This document shows positions 37,586 through 47,132 of a stretch of 64,000 nucleotides of DNA, one piece after another. The stretch covers positions 544,001 to 608,000 of the forward strand of contig CBDFGR010000002.1 of assembly GCA_965247115.1 (NCBI GenBank), given 5' to 3'. Below the pieces are notes generated by a model, which saw nothing but the letters and a program-made list of their open reading frames with translations, searched no databases and had not been told where the DNA came from. A program made the translations under genes and the position numbers. Position 1 is the first letter of the stretch; the number at the start of each line of letters is the position of its first letter. Source of the DNA: Myxococcota bacterium. GTDB taxonomy: Bacteria; Myxococcota_A; UBA9160; SZUA-336.

Positions 37586-39390
37586 ATGCCGGGGCGGCCC
37601 ACCGATCGGCTGCTCGACCGGGTCCAGCGCGACCTCCGCTACGCGTGGATATTCGGCGGCCTGATGCGCCGCCTGGTGGGGGTCGCACCCTGGGGCGGAA
37701 CCACCCTGGCCGACGTGATCGAGCGACAGGTCGACCGCACGCCTCTGGCCGAGGCTTTGCGTTCCGACGCTGGCGTCATCACCTACCGCGAGCTGGACGA
37801 GCGTGCCAACCAGTACGCGCACTGGGCGCGCTCGTCCGGGGTCGAGGCCGGCAACGTGGTCGGGCTGCTCCTGCCCAACGAGCCGGATTTCGTCTTCGCG
37901 TTGCTCGGGCTCGCCAAGCTTGGCGCGACGAGCGCGCTGCTGAACACGAACCTCCAGGGGCGGGCGCTCGCGCACTGCATCAACCTGGCGCAGCCGGGGC
38001 ACCTGATCGTGAGCCCGGAACTCGCGAATGCCTACACGTCAGCACGAGAAGAGCTCGATCGAATGCCGACACCGTGGTTTGTCGGTGGCGAAGCGCAAGA
38101 CGGAGAGGATCTCGAAGCCGCTGTCTCGAGCAGCCCCACGGATCGTCCCGACCGAAGCATTCGCGCCGGCATCGGAGCCCAGGACAGGCTCTGCTACATC
38201 TACACGAGCGGGACAAGCGGCCTTCCGAAGGCCGCGAACATCAGCCACTTCCGCTACCTTGGCGCCGCGGTCAGCGCCGCCGGCATGGCGCGGATCAGCG
38301 CCGACGACCGCAGCTACGTCGCCCTCCCCCTCTACCACGCTGCAGGCGTCGGGGCCGCGCTCGGTGGCGCGCTCACGAGCGGCGCTACGGCGGTGCTCGC
38401 GCGCAGATTCTCCGCGAGCCGCTTCTGGGTCGACTGCGTCGAGCACCGCGCCACGCACTTTCAGTACATCGGGGAGCTGTGCCGCTTTCTGCTGAATCAG
38501 TCGGAGCGGCCCGAAGAGCGCGAGCACACGATCCGCGTCTGCGTCGGCAACGGACTGCGCGCGGAGGTGTGGGTGCCCTTCCAGAGGCGCTTTCGCATTC
38601 CCGAGATCGTGGAGTTCTACGGTGCGACCGAGGGCAACGTGGCCGTGGTCAACCTCGACAACAAGGTCGGCTCGATCGGCCGCGTCCCGCCACGGCTGCG
38701 CTCCGCGATGGGGATCCGCCTGCTGAAGTACGACGTGGAAGGCAACGAGCTGGTTCGGGACGCCACCGGACGCTATGTGGAGAGCGAGCCGGGCGAGGCC
38801 GGTGAGGCGATCGGCAAGATCTCCGCGCTGGGCGGCTTCGACGGCTACTCGGACGACGAGGCGACCGAGAAGAAGGTGCTTCGAGACGTGTTCCGGGGTG
38901 GAGATGCGTACTTTCGCAGCGGTGACCTGCTGCGAGTGGACGACGAGGGCTACTTCTATTTCGTAGATCGGATCGGGGATACGTTCCGCTGGAAGGGGGA
39001 GAACGTCTCGACCCAGGAGGTGGCAGAGGCGCTGTCAGGCTTCCCCCCGCCGTGCGGGACGTCGCCGTTTACGGCGTCTCTGTCCCGGGGAACGAAGGGC
39101 GCGCGGGGATGGCGGCGTTGGTCGTTCATGGTGAGCTGGACCGAAAGGCATTTGCCGAGCACGTGGCACAGAACCTCGCCGCCTACGCGCGGCCTCTATT
39201 CCTGCGGCTCCTGGCGGAGATCGTCGTCACCGGGACGTTCAAGCACCGCAAGGTCGAGCTCGTCGAGCAGGGCTTCGATCCTGGCCATGTCGCCGATGTC
39301 CTGCTCTTCCTGGACCCGCAATCGGGCAGCTACGAGCCGCTCGACCCCGAACGCTTCCGGGAGATCGCCGCGGGGCGCGTTCGACTCTGA
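37586..39390 (+). pseudogene. Long-chain acyl-CoA synthetase (FATP type), frameshifted near 39045
   Basis: YTSGTSGLPK, YIGELCR, FYGATEG, DRIGDTFRWKGENVST; the C-terminus VYGVSVPGNEGRAGMA...TGTFKHRK is in another frame after a C6 run. Confidence 0.85.
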
Positions 39391-39437
39391 GCCGTCGCAC
39401 CCCACTCCCGCGTATACTCTGCGCGAGGGAGGATGCG

Positions 39438-40205
39438 GTGTCGGAGTGGGTTGGAATCGAGGAGGCGCGCAAGCTTCCGGGACTGAGGCTGGTTCTTCTG
39501 CGAGGGCGCCCGAGCCCGTGGTCGGTGGCGACGCGCTCGCTCTTCGACCTGAAGAAGGTTCCCTACGTCAAGGTGCATCTCGCGGAGGAGGATTCGGGCG
39601 GGGCACTGGTCGAATGGACGCGTCAGGCCAGCTTTCCGGCCGTCATGTACGAGGACGAGCGGCCGCGAACTGGCTGGGCCGAGATCCTGCTCCTGGCCGA
39701 GAGGCTCGATCCCCAGCCGCAGCTGATTCCCGGCGCTGCCAACGATCGCATGCTCATGTTCGGACTTGCGCACGAGCTTTGTGGCGAGATGGGACTCGCA
39801 TGGTGTCGCCGCTTGACGGGACTGGCGGCCCGTCTGAAGAGCGCGCCGAAAGACGCAGACGTGCTGGACTACGCACGCAAGTACGGCTCGGGCCTCAACG
39901 AGGCGGCGAGCGCGACCCAACGTGTGGTCGACATCTTGCGTATGCTCGCGCAGCAGCTACGAGCTCAGCGCGAGGCGGACCGTGAGTTCCTGGTCGGCGA
40001 CACGCTCAGCGCCGTCGACATCTACTGGGCGACGTTCTGCAACCTGATCTCACCGCTCCCGAACGAGCGGATGCAGCTGCCCGATGACGTGCGCAAGGGC
40101 TTCACCGCCGAAGATCCGCAGGTGCGCCTTGCGCTGGATCCCCTGCTGCTGCAGCACAGGGACAAAATCTACGAGCGCTATCTGCCGCTGCCTGTGGAGC
40201 TGTAG
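39438..40205 (+). CDS. Glutathione S-transferase-like protein
   Basis: PSPWS, PAVMYEDE, EILLLAERL, FLVGDTLSAVDIYWA. Confidence 0.7.
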   Translation: MSEWVGIEEARKLPGLRLVLLRGRPSPWSVATRSLFDLKKVPYVKVHLAEEDSGGALVEWTRQASFPAVMYEDERPRTGWAEILLLAERLDPQPQLIPGAANDRMLMFGLAHELCGEMGLAWCRRLTGLAARLKSAPKDADVLDYARKYGSGLNEAASATQRVVDILRMLAQQLRAQREADREFLVGDTLSAVDIYWATFCNLISPLPNERMQLPDDVRKGFTAEDPQVRLALDPLLLQHRDKIYERYLPLPVEL

Positions 40206-40207
40206 CC

Positions 40208-41062
40208 CTAGCGGACCTCGACGGCATCGCCGACCTTCACGCGGCCCTCCTGTACGACCGAGGCGTAGACCCCGAGGTTCTGGTCTGCCTCGCGCACCAG
40301 GCTGCGCATGATGCGCGGCTCCTTTGGCAGACCCGGCTGGGCGGCCGTGGTCATCACGCAGCGGACGCAGTGGAGAGCAATGTCGAGGACCACCGGGCCG
40401 ACATGGAGCTTCTTCCCGATCCAGCTCTGCTCCGTGAATCCAGACGCCGCCGTCTCGACCAGAAAATTGGGGCGGAACCTGCGCACATCGACCTGCATAG
40501 CAGGTGTCGCGCCCCTCAAAGCCTCGAGTGAGGAGGTAGACAGGACGAGGATGGGGAAAGCGTCGAAGTACGTCCCCGGCGGCGTTGCGTAGCGCAACAC
40601 ATCGGCGTAGTCCGAGAGGTCGGGAGTGGGCTCACCGACCTCGAGACCGAGGATGGACCGAAGCTCCCCCTCCGCGTCGTCCGGGTTGTCGAGTGCGGCC
40701 GGCTTGTAGTGATCCAGGTTCTCCTTCGGCTGCAGCGGCCAGAGCGTGATCTCTCGCCCCATCGCCTTGGACAGCTTCTCGCCGATCGAAGGGTCGTCCG
40801 AGCGGACAGTGTCCCCGTCGGGGAGCACGACCTCCACGTGGGATACGACGCCGGAGCTGGGTGGTGCGCAGAACGACGCCCCACAGCCGAGCAGTCCCGC
40901 GATTCGTTTCGCGCCAACGATTGCTTGCTTCTCCTCGTCCCGGACCGCCCACACGCGATCGCCAAGGACTCCGGAGGCGTGGACCGCGGTATCCTCGAGC
41001 TGCTCCCCCTGCATGGACTTGACCGGATAGCGCCAGACTTCCGAGATGGTGCCGACCTTCAT
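40208..41062 (-). CDS. MOSC domain protein
   Basis: WRYPVKSMQGE, GDRVWA, FDAFP, RRFRPNF, CVRCVMTT. Confidence 0.9.
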   Translation of the reverse strand: MKVGTISEVWRYPVKSMQGEQLEDTAVHASGVLGDRVWAVRDEEKQAIVGAKRIAGLLGCGASFCAPPSSGVVSHVEVVLPDGDTVRSDDPSIGEKLSKAMGREITLWPLQPKENLDHYKPAALDNPDDAEGELRSILGLEVGEPTPDLSDYADVLRYATPPGTYFDAFPILVLSTSSLEALRGATPAMQVDVRRFRPNFLVETAASGFTEQSWIGKKLHVGPVVLDIALHCVRCVMTTAAQPGLPKEPRIMRSLVREADQNLGVYASVVQEGRVKVGDAVEVR

Positions 41063-41078
41063 TCCAAGCTCTCCTTTG

Positions 41079-42506
41079 TTACGCCGATGTGCCCATGATA
41101 CCTCGACTTCGTCCGGGCCAGCACAGCAGAGAAATGGGAAGAGCAACGGCCGCAACGCCCGTCGCGATGAGATAGGTACCGCGAAACGCCGGCGCGAACG
41201 CGTCCGCGTCGCCGCCGTGGGAGTCGAGCAGGCCCGCGAAGACGGCGCTGAGGACGGCAACGCTTGTGACCGAGCCGAGGCTCCGCGACAGCGCCAGAAT
41301 CGATCCGCCCATACCGAGCCGATCGGCGCTGACGCTGCCCATTACCAGGCTCGCGTTCGCAGCCTGGAACACCCCGAAACCGATCCCGAGCAATCCCATC
41401 CGCACGCCGACTTCGACGACGCTCGATTGCTCATCGAGGCGGCTCAGTGCATACAGGACTGCGACCGTAGCGGCGGTTGCAGCAGTCGACAGATGGGCAG
41501 CCGACATCCGATCGCACAGCCAGCCGCCGAGCGGCGCGACCACTGCAGACACCATCGGCATCAGGACGAGGAGTACGCCGAGTGTCGTCGCGCTCGTTCC
41601 CAGCACGCTGACGGCGTAAAACGGAAAGATGAACAGGTTGACGAATGTGGCCATGAACAGCAGAAGCGCGTTGACCACGGCCGGTAGCAGTACGCGGTCC
41701 CCCAGCAGAGCAAGGTCCAGCAAAGGTCTCGCGGCACGCCGCTCGAAGTAGCCGAACGCTGCCAGGAAGATCGCGGCAGCAGCGCCGAGGCCGATGACGG
41801 TCGGATCCACCCAGCCGTGACGGCCGCCGAGCGTGAGAAAGAGGATCAGCGTCACGAACGCGACAAACGACGTCAGCGCTCCGGCGACGTCGAAGTGGGG
41901 TCTCGAGCGTTTCACGACCCCTGTATCGTCAGGGGACGCATCCGCTGGCGCCTCCTTCAGCGCAAAGAACGCGAACCCGAACGTCGCGACACACAGTGGC
42001 ACACGCGCGAGAAAGATGGACGGCCAGCCAAACGCATCGACCAGCAGGCCTCCGCCAATAGACCCGGCAATCAAGCCGAGGGTGCCAATGGCGGCCATCA
42101 GACCGAGTGCACGACCGCGTTCTCTGGCGGGAAACAAGCGGGTCACGAGACCTGGTGCAGAGGCCAGAATCAACCCGTTGCCGATAGCCTGAAGCACGCG
42201 CAAGGCGAACACACTCGACAGGGTTTCATCCGCAAGGCCGATCAGCAGCACCGCGAGCGTATACACCGCGACGCCGCCAAGATAGAATTTCCGCAACCCG
42301 TACAGGTCCACCGCACTTCCGAGCCCGAGCTGCAAGCCCGTCGTCGCGCCGACATAGAACACGATGATCCACTGGATCGTCTCCACGTCGGTGGCGAAGC
42401 TCGCCGTGATCTCTGGCAACGCGACGTTCACTGTCACATCGAGCGTACCGAGAAACAGACCGAGTGAGGCCGCGACCAGGCCGCTCCATTTGTTGGCGAG
42501 GTTCAC
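41079..42506 (-). CDS. MFS transporter, DHA2-like (14 TM)
   Basis: LDVTVNVALPEI, RVLQAIG, FPARERGRALG, PLLDLAL; start approximate. Confidence 0.85.
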   Translation of the reverse strand: MNLANKWSGLVAASLGLFLGTLDVTVNVALPEITASFATDVETIQWIIVFYVGATTGLQLGLGSAVDLYGLRKFYLGGVAVYTLAVLLIGLADETLSSVFALRVLQAIGNGLILASAPGLVTRLFPARERGRALGLMAAIGTLGLIAGSIGGGLLVDAFGWPSIFLARVPLCVATFGFAFFALKEAPADASPDDTGVVKRSRPHFDVAGALTSFVAFVTLILFLTLGGRHGWVDPTVIGLGAAAAIFLAAFGYFERRAARPLLDLALLGDRVLLPAVVNALLLFMATFVNLFIFPFYAVSVLGTSATTLGVLLVLMPMVSAVVAPLGGWLCDRMSAAHLSTAATAATVAVLYALSRLDEQSSVVEVGVRMGLLGIGFGVFQAANASLVMGSVSADRLGMGGSILALSRSLGSVTSVAVLSAVFAGLLDSHGGDADAFAPAFRGTYLIATGVAAVALPISLLCWPGRSRGIMGTSA

Positions 42507-42593
42507 GGCGCCACATTCTACAGAGACGCCAGAGGAGGATTGCGCCAATACGCGACGACAGCGAGAGTTTGTTGGTAGCATGGTTCACCCAAG

Positions 42594-43937
42594 GTGCTCG
42601 AAGAACCGCTGCAAGACCGGCCCGTCGCTACGGGAGAGCGCGGCCGACAGCCCCGTTTCTTCTACGGCTATTGGCTGATCGGCGCAGCGTTCATCGCTCA
42701 GTTCGTCGCCGTTGGCGCCATCGTCTACGTGATGGGCCCGTTCCTTGCCCCCATGACCGAGGAGCTCGGGTGGACTCGCGCGGAGTACACCATCCCCCGC
42801 TCGCTCGGGCAGTTCCTGATGGCCGTCACCGGCTTCGTGATCGGGACGCACGTGGATCGCTACGGTGCCAGGCGCCTGATGCTGATCGGCATCACGCTGC
42901 TCGCAGGCTCACTGTTTGCCATGGGCTCGATCGATACGCTCTGGCAGTGGATCGTGCTCAACGGGATCCTTGCAACCGTCGGCGCCGGCCTGATGGGCAA
43001 CCTTGTGGTCAACGTCACTCTCGCCAGGTGGTTCGTCGAGCTGCGGGGCCGGGCCATCGCGTTCTCGGCCATGGGCGTGTCATTTGCTGGCGTGCTGCTG
43101 ACACCGACGATGACGATGGTGATCGATACGTGGGGGTGGCGGACGGGCTGGCACGTGCTCGGGGTGGGGGCGGCTCTGCTCGCTTACCCCGTCGCGCTCG
43201 TCATGCGTCGCGCGCCTGAAGACCACGGGCTCCACCCAGACGGGAAGTCGGATGCGCAAGTGGCGGCGGGGCTTGCCCGACGCGCGCGGCTCGACTACGC
43301 GAGCTCGCTCACGCGCTCACAGGCGCTGCGGACCGGGGCATTCTACCTGCTGGTCTTCGCGTTCGGGCTATCGCTCGTCAACCTGAGCGTGGTCATCCTG
43401 CACGCCATCCCGTTCATGACCGACGCTGGCTATCCGCGTACGACAGCGGCCCTCACGTTCACGCTTGCCTCGGTCCCCGCGCTGCTCTCAAAGCCGCTCT
43501 GGGGCTACTTCATCGACAAGCTCGACCCAAAGCCACTCGCGGCATTGAGCTCCGCACTCACTGGCGTGTCGTTACTCATCATCCTGATGAGTGTTCGGGC
43601 AGGAGCGGACGCGATCGTGTACGTGGGCTTCCTCCTGCTGGGCTGCGGCTGGGGTGGAATGATCCCCCTGCAAGAGGTGATCTGGGCCTCGTTCTTCGGC
43701 CGCCGCTACCTCGGATCCGTGCGCAGCGCGGCCCTGCCCTTCTCACTGATCCTCGGCGCCGGCGCCCCGCTGGCAGCCTCGTACTACTTCGACTACGTGG
43801 GCGACTACGACGGCGCCTTCTTGGCGATCGCCGGACTCACGCTCCTAGCCGCCGTGCTGCTGCTGTTGATCTCTCCGCCCGAGCGCCAGGTGACTCAATC
43901 CGAGGAGCTCGCGTCTCGTTCGGCGAGCAGCGCGTAG
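42594..43937 (+). CDS. MFS transporter (OFA/MCT-like)
   Basis: FFYGYW, ELGWTR, VDRYGAR, WFVELRGRA, FFGRRYLGS. Confidence 0.85.
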   Translation: MLEEPLQDRPVATGERGRQPRFFYGYWLIGAAFIAQFVAVGAIVYVMGPFLAPMTEELGWTRAEYTIPRSLGQFLMAVTGFVIGTHVDRYGARRLMLIGITLLAGSLFAMGSIDTLWQWIVLNGILATVGAGLMGNLVVNVTLARWFVELRGRAIAFSAMGVSFAGVLLTPTMTMVIDTWGWRTGWHVLGVGAALLAYPVALVMRRAPEDHGLHPDGKSDAQVAAGLARRARLDYASSLTRSQALRTGAFYLLVFAFGLSLVNLSVVILHAIPFMTDAGYPRTTAALTFTLASVPALLSKPLWGYFIDKLDPKPLAALSSALTGVSLLIILMSVRAGADAIVYVGFLLLGCGWGGMIPLQEVIWASFFGRRYLGSVRSAALPFSLILGAGAPLAASYYFDYVGDYDGAFLAIAGLTLLAAVLLLLISPPERQVTQSEELASRSASSA

Positions 43938-44632
43938 ACTCGCAGCACCGTCAGCAACGTGATGTTCCGCACGAGGTCCGCCGGTGCCTCGGCCAGCGGA
44001 TTCAGCGGGTACGCCCCGAACACAGCGGCAAGATCGAGGCGGGCTGCGGCCTGGTCCGCGCTCAGACCCGAGTCGCGGGCGCTCGAGACCTCGGTCCAGA
44101 GCTTTCGCAGCGAGGTCTGGGCCATGTCGATGACCGCGCGATCTCGGGTGGCCTCCCCATGGCCGGGCAGCAGCAGATCGAAGTCGAGCTCCTTCAAGCG
44201 CTCGAGCGTCTCCGCCCACTCGTCGACGTAGGCGTCGCCGGTGTAGGAGGGAAAGGGTAGAAGCAGATCGCCGGTGAACACGAGCCGCTCACGGGGCAGG
44301 TACACGACGACGTCGCCGCCCGTGTGGCCGCGCCCCAGGAAGTGGAGCTCGGGAATGGCCCCTGTAAAGATGCGGTACGTCCGCTCGTCGAGCACCGGTC
44401 CCAGCAGCCTCTCGCGGGTGTACTCGTGCCCCACAGTGGCGACCCCTGGCGGGAAGCTCAGATTGCCGTGAGCGTGGTCGAAGTGGAAGTGGGTGTTGAC
44501 CAGGTAGCGGACCGGCTTGTCCGTAAGCTCTGCTGCGGAGGCAAGCAACGCGCGCGCGGCTGCGGGAGTCACGTGAGAGTCCACAATGATCTCCCGAATC
44601 GGGTGCCCGCCGACATGCCACGCCAGCGCCAC
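43895..44632 (-). pseudogene. MBL-fold metallo-hydrolase, probably truncated/internally deleted
   Basis: NTHFHFDHAHGN, GHTGGD, FTGDL, PGHG present; the N-terminal strands and the segment before ELHFLGRGHT appear missing. Confidence 0.6.
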
Positions 44633-44711
44633 GGGGGCACCCTACTCCGCCCGGCGCCGCGTGTCACAGGCTCCTGCGCGCACCCTCTGCCCTGATCTAC
44701 AATCGGGCGAG

Positions 44712-45203
44712 ATGTCGCGCATGAAGCCAGAGGTTCTGAAGGACTTCCTGCTCCAGCCCTACGTGGGGGTGGTCGCCACGCTGCGCCGGGACGGGCGGCC
44801 GTACACCGTGCCCGTCTGGTGGCTCCACGACGACGGGGCGTTCTGGATCACCGGGACCACGAGCCGCGTCTGGTGCAAGCAGCTCAAGCGGGACCCGCGC
44901 GCGTCGCTCTGCATCGAGACAACAGACGGTGCGCCCCGCCACGTCGAGGTCGATGGACATGCGACGGCCCACGAGCTACCCGACTTCGACATCTGGCCGG
45001 TCACGCGGCTCCTGGCCGAGAAGTACGTTGGCCGCAACGATCCCGCGAACGACGCAGCGGTCGACGCGTTCTTCGCGAACATGCAAACCGAGCCGCGACT
45101 TCTGTTCCGGCTCGAGGGCGATGTGTGGCGCACCATCGATCTGACCGTGTACCGCGGCAAGCGCGCCGATCGCGAGTTCCAGGCGGCCCAGGGCTCCGAC
45201 TGA
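44712..45203 (+). CDS. Pyridoxamine 5'-phosphate oxidase-like split-barrel protein
   Basis: ATLRRDGRPYTVPVW, KRDPRASLCI, LAEKY. Confidence 0.82.
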   Translation: MSRMKPEVLKDFLLQPYVGVVATLRRDGRPYTVPVWWLHDDGAFWITGTTSRVWCKQLKRDPRASLCIETTDGAPRHVEVDGHATAHELPDFDIWPVTRLLAEKYVGRNDPANDAAVDAFFANMQTEPRLLFRLEGDVWRTIDLTVYRGKRADREFQAAQGSD

Positions 45204-45215
45204 CGGCGTCCCCGC

Positions 45216-46223
45216 CTACGCCCCCTGCAGCAGGAGCTTCACCACATCGGAGAGCTTCGCATCGAACTCGTCGGCGGCGTCCGCGCCCAGCTGCCGCAGC
45301 TCGTTCAGGTTCTCCTGATCGACCCTGTCCAGGTCGCTGTTACCGACCGGGATCTCTGGCTGTACCCGCAGGTACTGCTCGGGGCGGCCGACCGCATCGA
45401 AGATCTGCTCGAGCTGGTAGTCCACGGTCTCGGCAACGCCGGACATCATGATGCTGATCACGGGCTTCGCCCACTCGGCGAGACCCCAGTCCTTGGCCTC
45501 TGCATACGCGTAAGATTTCTCGTTCGAGCCGCTGCCGAGGGAGAGGATCAGCATGTCGGCCGCACGCTTGTCCGCGTGGACCCGGGCCTCGGCGTAGGCG
45601 CAGAGCGCTGGGTTGTTGGCGAACACGCCGCCGTCGACGAGCGGAAAGACCAGGTTCGCGTCGGACTTGACCCGTGCACACTCGAAGTACGTCGGTGCCG
45701 CAGACGTTGCGCGGGCCACGTCGCGGACGAGAAAGTTCCGATTCGGGTCTCCCTGCGCGAGGTGCTGTTTGAAGAAGTGCGCGCGCCGGCGCCTGACGTC
45801 GTACGCGGTGATGAGACAGGGTTTGAGCAGGGCGCTCAGCTTCAGCTGGCCGAGGTAGTCGTGGAGCGCCTCCTCCAGTCCCTCTGCCGGATAGCGCTCG
45901 TCGAGCAGCCCCGCAGCGGAGCGAATCTTGTGCCCCAGGGGAATGTCGAAGATCTCGTCCCCCCGCTCGAAGTAGAGCTCGAGCGCTTGCGAGGCCGTGA
46001 AGCGCGGCCGCGTGGGCTGGTCCGAACTCGGGCAGAGATAGACGCAGCCGAGGATCCCGCCGGTGCTCGTCCCCGCGATGAGGTCGAAGTAGTCGGCGAT
46101 GCGCGCGTCCTCGTTCCCCGTCTCCTGCTGGAGCTTCTCCTCGACAGCCATGAGGATCCGGGCCGGAATGATGCCGCGAATCCCTCCGCCGTCGATCGAG
46201 AGAATGCGATACAGGTCGGCCAC
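45216..46223 (-). CDS. Patatin-like phospholipase
   Basis: ILSIDGGGIRG, AGTSTGG, ATSAAPTYF, DGGVFANNP. Confidence 0.92.
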   Translation of the reverse strand: MADLYRILSIDGGGIRGIIPARILMAVEEKLQQETGNEDARIADYFDLIAGTSTGGILGCVYLCPSSDQPTRPRFTASQALELYFERGDEIFDIPLGHKIRSAAGLLDERYPAEGLEEALHDYLGQLKLSALLKPCLITAYDVRRRRAHFFKQHLAQGDPNRNFLVRDVARATSAAPTYFECARVKSDANLVFPLVDGGVFANNPALCAYAEARVHADKRAADMLILSLGSGSNEKSYAYAEAKDWGLAEWAKPVISIMMSGVAETVDYQLEQIFDAVGRPEQYLRVQPEIPVGNSDLDRVDQENLNELRQLGADAADEFDAKLSDVVKLLLQGA

Positions 46224-46324
46224 TCCGCTGATTCTAGGACCCCGATCGGACCGGTTCGAGAGCTCCATGGCGCAGGCGGACGTCGGTGGCGGTTGAGGCG
46301 GGAGTGGTACAATCTGAACCCAAC

Positions 46325-47107
46325 ATGGAGTGGCTCGAAGAGCGGGTGGACGTCGGAGGAGATGCTCTCATCGTCCGGAGGACCGGAAGCGGGAGACCGC
46401 TCCTCGTGCTCCACGAAGAGCTCGGCTGTCCCGGACCCGTCGCTTGGCAGGCGACGCTGGGCGAGCAGCGAACGCTTCTCGTCCCGCTGCATCCCGGCTT
46501 CAGTCGCAGCCCTGCAAGCGACTGGATCGCGAGCGTCCGCGACCTCGCCTGCTTCTATGGCCGCTACCTACGGGAACAGGAGCAGGTCCCGCTAGACGTG
46601 ATCGGCTTCTCGTTCGGCGGCTGGATCGCAGCGGAGATGGCGGCGAACGACCCCACTCTCTTCTCGCGAATGGTCCTCGTCGGTGCAACAGGTGTCCGCC
46701 CCCCGGAAGGCGAGATCCTCGACATGTTCCTGTCAACTGCAGAGGACTACCTGCGGGCGACCGTGCTCGACCCGGCCGCGACGAGCGAGTTCACGAGCCT
46801 GTACGGAGCCGAGATCACGCCCGAGCAGTTCGAGGCCTTCGAAGACGCCCGCGCCCAGGTCGCACGACTCGCCTGGCGGCCCTACCTGTTCAACCCGAGC
46901 CTTCCCCATCTTCTGGAAGGGGCCAACGCTCTCCCCACGCTCATTCTGTGGGGAGACAAGGACGGCGTGGTCCCGCGCAGTGCTGGTGAGGTCTATCGGA
47001 GAGCAATCCCGGACTCGAAGCTCGTAGTCTTCCCGGACTGCGGGCACCGCCCAGAGATCGAGAAACGCGAGGAGTTCCTCGCCGAGCTACGAGCCTTTCT
47101 CGGCTGA
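46325..47107 (+). CDS. Alpha/beta hydrolase
   Basis: GSGRPLLVLH, HPGF, GFSFGG, WGDKD, CGHRP. Confidence 0.85.
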   Translation: MEWLEERVDVGGDALIVRRTGSGRPLLVLHEELGCPGPVAWQATLGEQRTLLVPLHPGFSRSPASDWIASVRDLACFYGRYLREQEQVPLDVIGFSFGGWIAAEMAANDPTLFSRMVLVGATGVRPPEGEILDMFLSTAEDYLRATVLDPAATSEFTSLYGAEITPEQFEAFEDARAQVARLAWRPYLFNPSLPHLLEGANALPTLILWGDKDGVVPRSAGEVYRRAIPDSKLVVFPDCGHRPEIEKREEFLAELRAFLG

Positions 47108-47132
47108 CAGCCGAGAGCCAAGGAGATCCACC

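Noticed and set aside
37586..39985. 799-aa ORF as a real fusion protein
   Set aside because: Sequence after about 39045 is off-frame run-on overlapping the GST-like gene; the true C-terminus is in 39052-39390
45216..46223. CBASS system
   Set aside because: No CD-NTase or ancillary cap genes nearby
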